From the IMG/VR virus record IMGVR_UViG_3300017553_000339, positions 1 through 36,542 of that record: 36,542 nucleotides of DNA. One strand, written 5' to 3'. The position numbers and the translations under genes were made by a program. The notes beneath the pieces were generated by a model. It made no database searches and had not been told where the DNA came from. It saw only the letters and a program-made list of their open reading frames with translations. The stretch's first letter is position 1; each line of letters begins with the position of its first letter. The stretch is from a virus (taxonomy: Duplodnaviria > Caudoviricetes). Positions 32,783 through 36,542 of the stretch are shown piece by piece.

Positions 32783-34138
32783 CTACCCGTCGCGCTTCCG
32801 GTAAAGCACTTTGTTCTGCGGGCCAGCCTCAATGAGCACACCGTAATTGAACGCCGCCATCCTTAGCTGGTCGTCCACCTTACCCCATTCGCGCCGACTG
32901 ATCTCGCGCCCCATCAGTTCGTGGACCTGCTCACGGGTGACAGGCTGGCCGGTCGTGTAAACTGCCTGCACCAACTCGTTCACCGCGTCACCCACGACGC
33001 TCCGCTTCTTGCTCCCGCCACCTTCGCCGTCCCCGTCCTCTTTCGGTTTGCGGGTGGCGTCCTCGAACACCTCCATTGACTCGTCCTCCCCCCAAACCGT
33101 CAGCCCAATGTTGACGCGGACCAGCACGGAGTTGGCACCCTCCGCGCGACGGTGCAGCGTATGGACCGGCTCGGTGTTGTAGAGCGTCGTGAAGCGCGTG
33201 GTCAGGTTCGTCTTAGCCACCCGCATCACGTTGGCGTGCTCCTCCCGAATGTCGCGGGCATGGACGAACGACAGGCGCGGCGAATTGGTCCACGCGGAAG
33301 CACCCGCCACGGTGTCGGCAAAGTATTCGTGCTTCCCCTTGTTCGAGTGACCGATAATGGCGATGGTGACGTCATACCGCTCCGCCAGCACTTGCAGATA
33401 GGCGAGCAGTTTCTTCACCGAGGCATCGTCGTTCGGGCTTTCCCCCTTGCGCCAGCCCGTCAGCCCAACCGCCGTGTCCAGCACGACCAGCTTGAGCGGG
33501 CGCGGCGGGATATACATGGTGTCGGCACCGCGCTTCGCCTTCTGGATTGCCGTTTCCAGATGTTCGTAAACATCAAAGTTGGACCCGGTAACGCGCCCAT
33601 GGGTATCGGACTTGTTCGCAACGGCAGTGACGACAAACAACGTGCCCTCATCGCCGCCGATCTTCATATGCCGCACCCTGATCCAATCGTTCGGTTCCTC
33701 CACGCTGATCCAGAGGGTCGATGCCTCCCCGCTGATCTGTGCGCCCAGCGTGGCTACCAACGACGACTTGGCAGTGCTGCCACGTCCGAAGAAGCCAACG
33801 ACGCACCCGCTCGGCAAGAAGGGGTCAACGAGGTATTGCAGGGAAACGGTGGTGGTATCGCTGCTCATTGCGACCTCCATTGTGATTGCGTCCATCGGTG
33901 CCATCGGAGGCGGGATCGCAACGCCAGCCTTCAACTGCGCCGCTGCCAGCTTCGCTTCCTCTGCCCGCCGACTATCCTCCATGATCTTCGCAAGGCGCTC
34001 TGTGTCCTCGCGCTTCTGCTCGGGGGTGCGAAAGTCCATATCGGGGGTGCGAGGCGGCAGCGCACCGGGCATCGCGTGCCAGTCGATACCGCCATCGGCA
34101 TCCTTGGGCGCTTCCCACGACGGCGTCTGCTCAACCAT
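32783..34138 (-). CDS. AAA-family ATPase / RepA-like (SF4) helicase
   Basis: YLVDPFLP.G....FFGRGSTAKS Walker A; WISVEE; LVVLDT Walker B; IIGHSNK; GASAW..SPR. Confidence 0.85.
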   Translation of the reverse strand: MVEQTPSWEAPKDADGGIDWHAMPGALPPRTPDMDFRTPEQKREDTERLAKIMEDSRRAEEAKLAAAQLKAGVAIPPPMAPMDAITMEVAMSSDTTTVSLQYLVDPFLPSGCVVGFFGRGSTAKSSLVATLGAQISGEASTLWISVEEPNDWIRVRHMKIGGDEGTLFVVTAVANKSDTHGRVTGSNFDVYEHLETAIQKAKRGADTMYIPPRPLKLVVLDTAVGLTGWRKGESPNDDASVKKLLAYLQVLAERYDVTIAIIGHSNKGKHEYFADTVAGASAWTNSPRLSFVHARDIREEHANVMRVAKTNLTTRFTTLYNTEPVHTLHRRAEGANSVLVRVNIGLTVWGEDESMEVFEDATRKPKEDGDGEGGGSKKRSVVGDAVNELVQAVYTTGQPVTREQVHELMGREISRREWGKVDDQLRMAAFNYGVLIEAGPQNKVLYRKRDG

Positions 34139-34342
34139 GATGACCCTCCCCGCCGGGGGTCGGGATAGTAAAGGATTTTGCCCAATTCCCCTCTACTCTC
34201 GGCAAATTTTTACGCGAAGCAAAGTATTTTGCAAAAACATTCGGGGATTGCGGACCCACGGCGAGGCCCTGTAAATTGCTGCTGTTCACGTCGATACTCC
34301 GGGCGGCAGGGGTGGCTACCTGCCGCCTACTCATGAGGGGAA

Positions 34343-34591
34343 TCAGGCTGCTTCGCTCGTGCTGTGACGAGCGCCGGAGGCGAGCCAGCGCAGAACATCG
34401 AGTTCCGCATACCAACAGCGGCGCGTTCCGGGCGGGCTGAAATAGCGCGGCCCCTCGCCACGGAAGCGATACTGGTTCATGGTGTTGGGATGGACGCCGA
34501 GAATTTCGGCAACCTCGTCACCGCTAAGCGGACGACGCTTTGGGGTATAGGCGAACAGCTCGCAGAGCTGGTCAAAGGACATTTCACTCAT
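34343..34591 (-). CDS. AlpA/excisionase-like HTH protein
   Basis: LS..EVAEILGVHPNTM.QYR.RGEGPRY.....R.WY...DV..WL. Confidence 0.85.
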   Translation of the reverse strand: MSEMSFDQLCELFAYTPKRRPLSGDEVAEILGVHPNTMNQYRFRGEGPRYFSPPGTRRCWYAELDVLRWLASGARHSTSEAA

Positions 34592-34780
34592 CGGTCAAGC
34601 CTCTGTCGGCCCGACGATTAGGTCGAACAATGACAGCCGCGACCGCGTGAGCGGTGGATTCGGTTTCAGCGCAGATGCGCCGGAAGCGACCGATGGCCCG
34701 CTCTACCAGAGATAAAGCGGGCCGGTAACGTAGCTATACACTAAACAACCACGCCTGTATTTGATAAAACGCTGTCTAAA

Positions 34781-34975
34781 CTACCCCCCACTCAGCACAA
34801 GCTTCAAATGTTCTTCGACGCTTTCCCGAATGCATTTGAGAACAACATTGTATGATACTTCTTCACAATATGTCTCTTCCATCACGAATGAGACATATTG
34901 CTTGGCTGTATCGAAGATCACCCAAATATCATTTTCGTCGAAGAGCGGCGTGTCGTTGAAAGTTTCAAGCGCCAT
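34781..34975 (-). CDS. Small acidic AT-rich hypothetical protein
   Basis: RBS TAAGGAG; more AT-rich than flanks. Confidence 0.45.
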   Translation of the reverse strand: MALETFNDTPLFDENDIWVIFDTAKQYVSFVMEETYCEEVSYNVVLKCIRESVEEHLKLVLSGG

Positions 34976-35267
34976 AACGGCGGCACTCCTTAAAAGTGCC
35001 CTGTTCGCCAGACAATAAAATAGCGGCGGATCAGGGCGTTTTTGGCACCATGATCGCCGCTTCCGCTATGCGCATATCGCAGCCAGCGACATGCACGGTA
35101 GTCCTCTAGGGGACTGGCTCGCTTTCTTGATAGCTGATTCGGGAACGGTTGAAAAGAGACCTTCGCTACAAGGCCCGCACAAGCGCGATCGCTGTGCTGC
35201 CGCCCCTACTGCCGCGCCGCACGCTGGCCGGTGCTGCTACCCCGGCGCACGGCGCCCAGCGCGAGCA

Positions 35268-36542
35268 TCACGCTCGCTGCGGCAGCGCCACCACGTTCCC
35301 GCCGGTAGCCTTCGCCCGCGCAATCGCTCCCTGTTGCTCAATCCAGTCACCAATCGTCTGCACCTTCGGTTGCAGGTATTGGAGGCGCTGGGTGCGGAGG
35401 TAGTGTTTCGCGGTGACGCCCTTCGGAACATGGTTCGTCAGAAGCTCAATCTCGTGCAGGGCGATCCCGCATGTGGCCACACCGACGGAAACGAACGTGC
35501 GCCGCAGGTCGTGGGCGCTCAGGTGCAGGCCGGCAACCTTGCTGACCCGTTCCAACGGAGCGCGGGTATCTTGCACATGGCCCGCTTTGCTGCGTGATGG
35601 GAATACGAACTTGCTGGCGTTTTTATCGTCATCAGCAGGCTTGCGCGCTTTGAGCAGTTCGACAGCAACGGACGATAGAGGAATCCAAACCGGGTTGGCG
35701 TTCTTCGGGTCCGGCAGGTGGAACCATCCCTCGTCCAAATTGACGCGATCCCATGTGAGCATGGCACCCTCGTTGCGGCGGGCACCTGTCAGCAGAAGGA
35801 AGCGGACCAGATCGACGCCAGCCCGGGCATCGTCATCCCGTGCGGTAATGCGCATTTCTGCAAGCGCGTGCCACACCTCGCCGACCCTTTTCTCGTCAAT
35901 GTCACGGGTGCGGGGCTTTAGCTCAAGCCAGTCGTCCTTGAGCGCAAGGACCGGGTTGTGCGCAATGAGCGGCGACCCGTCAGCGCGGCGGTATTGGCGG
36001 CTGGCGAAATTGATGAGGGTGCGCAGTGTGGTCATGCTGAGGTTGGCGCTGCCGATAGCGGGCTTCCCGCGCATCCCCTTGGTCGTCATCTCGCGATAGC
36101 GCTTGCGCACGTCGTCCTCGGTGATGGACGCTATGGGCTTGTTTTCCCACGCTGCCAGAACCGTCTTTATCTGGCGGTCCATCTCGTTGCGGGTCGCCTC
36201 TTTCAGTTTGCCAGGTCTTGCGAAATAGGCATCCGCGACCGTGCGAAGCGTCACCTTCGCTGCCTCGTCTTGCTTCTTGGCCTCGCGCGGGTCGATTCCC
36301 TCGCGCATGTCCTGCAACACCTTCTGCGCCCGCTCCCGCGCTTTGGCTTCCGTCAGCGTGCCATAGGGACCAAGGGTGAACTGGATAGATTTGCCCAGCA
36401 CCCGCCCCATTACCACGAACACGCGCTTGCCCTGCGGTGATACTCGAAGGGCATATCCTTTGACTGAGTCATCCCAGTGCATCGCATAGCCGGACGTAGG
36501 TGCCTGCACCTTATCCACGAAAGCCTTTGTCAGCTTCACCAT
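35268..36542 (-). CDS. int: Tyrosine recombinase / integrase (P4-like, arm-binding N-terminus)
   Basis: KLTKAFVD...WD...GYALRVSPQGKRVF; LLTGARRNE; HDLRRT; NH...VTAKHY catalytic residues. Confidence 0.95.
   Translation of the reverse strand: MVKLTKAFVDKVQAPTSGYAMHWDDSVKGYALRVSPQGKRVFVVMGRVLGKSIQFTLGPYGTLTEAKARERAQKVLQDMREGIDPREAKKQDEAAKVTLRTVADAYFARPGKLKEATRNEMDRQIKTVLAAWENKPIASITEDDVRKRYREMTTKGMRGKPAIGSANLSMTTLRTLINFASRQYRRADGSPLIAHNPVLALKDDWLELKPRTRDIDEKRVGEVWHALAEMRITARDDDARAGVDLVRFLLLTGARRNEGAMLTWDRVNLDEGWFHLPDPKNANPVWIPLSSVAVELLKARKPADDDKNASKFVFPSRSKAGHVQDTRAPLERVSKVAGLHLSAHDLRRTFVSVGVATCGIALHEIELLTNHVPKGVTAKHYLRTQRLQYLQPKVQTIGDWIEQQGAIARAKATGGNVVALPQRA

Larger units (their letters stand above)
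28246..36542 (-). mobile_element. Capsid-less satellite-like integrative element (right end outside window)
   Basis: Co-oriented int, alpA-like, AAA helicase, iteron ori, unknown and TerS-like genes, ending at the tRNA 3' end. Confidence 0.8.

Noticed and set aside
34976-35092. Upstream in-frame ATG with a TAG at codon 9 (readthrough or pseudogene), and a hairpin over the RBS
   Set aside because: The downstream ATG has its own RBS, there is no other sign of recoding, and the hairpin loop is too small to argue for a thermometer.

Overview
The window holds two mobile elements joined at a 47-bp 3' half of tRNA-Lys(UUU) (28199-28245). The host is an alphaproteobacterium, probably Sphingomonadaceae (inferred from the GapR homolog, a GTTC-N7-GTTC LexA box and high GC). 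(1) 1-28245 is the right-hand part of a temperate short-tailed (podo-type, P22-like gene order) prophage. In order it has an ImmA/IrrE-like protease fragment, repressor/cro switch, early and replication genes with iterons, terminase, portal, HNH nuclease, scaffold, capsid, tail, three ejection proteins, an accessory island (membrane protein, small peptide locus, higBA), two tail fibre/receptor-binding proteins, lysis genes, an SGNH esterase, a LexA-controlled two-gene operon and an adenine methyltransferase. (2) 28246-36542 is a capsid-less, satellite-like integrative element: tyrosine integrase, AlpA-like HTH, AAA helicase, SaPI-like iteron origin, MarR-GNAT cargo, TerS-like protein and helical unknowns. 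The best candidates for something new are a putative ibs/sib-like type I toxin-antitoxin locus at ~19255-19520, a GNAT gene coupled to an MGxxxS-starting, Ser-rich ejection protein with an S74 domain, and the satellite itself. All product calls come from motif recognition and gene order only; no database search was run.
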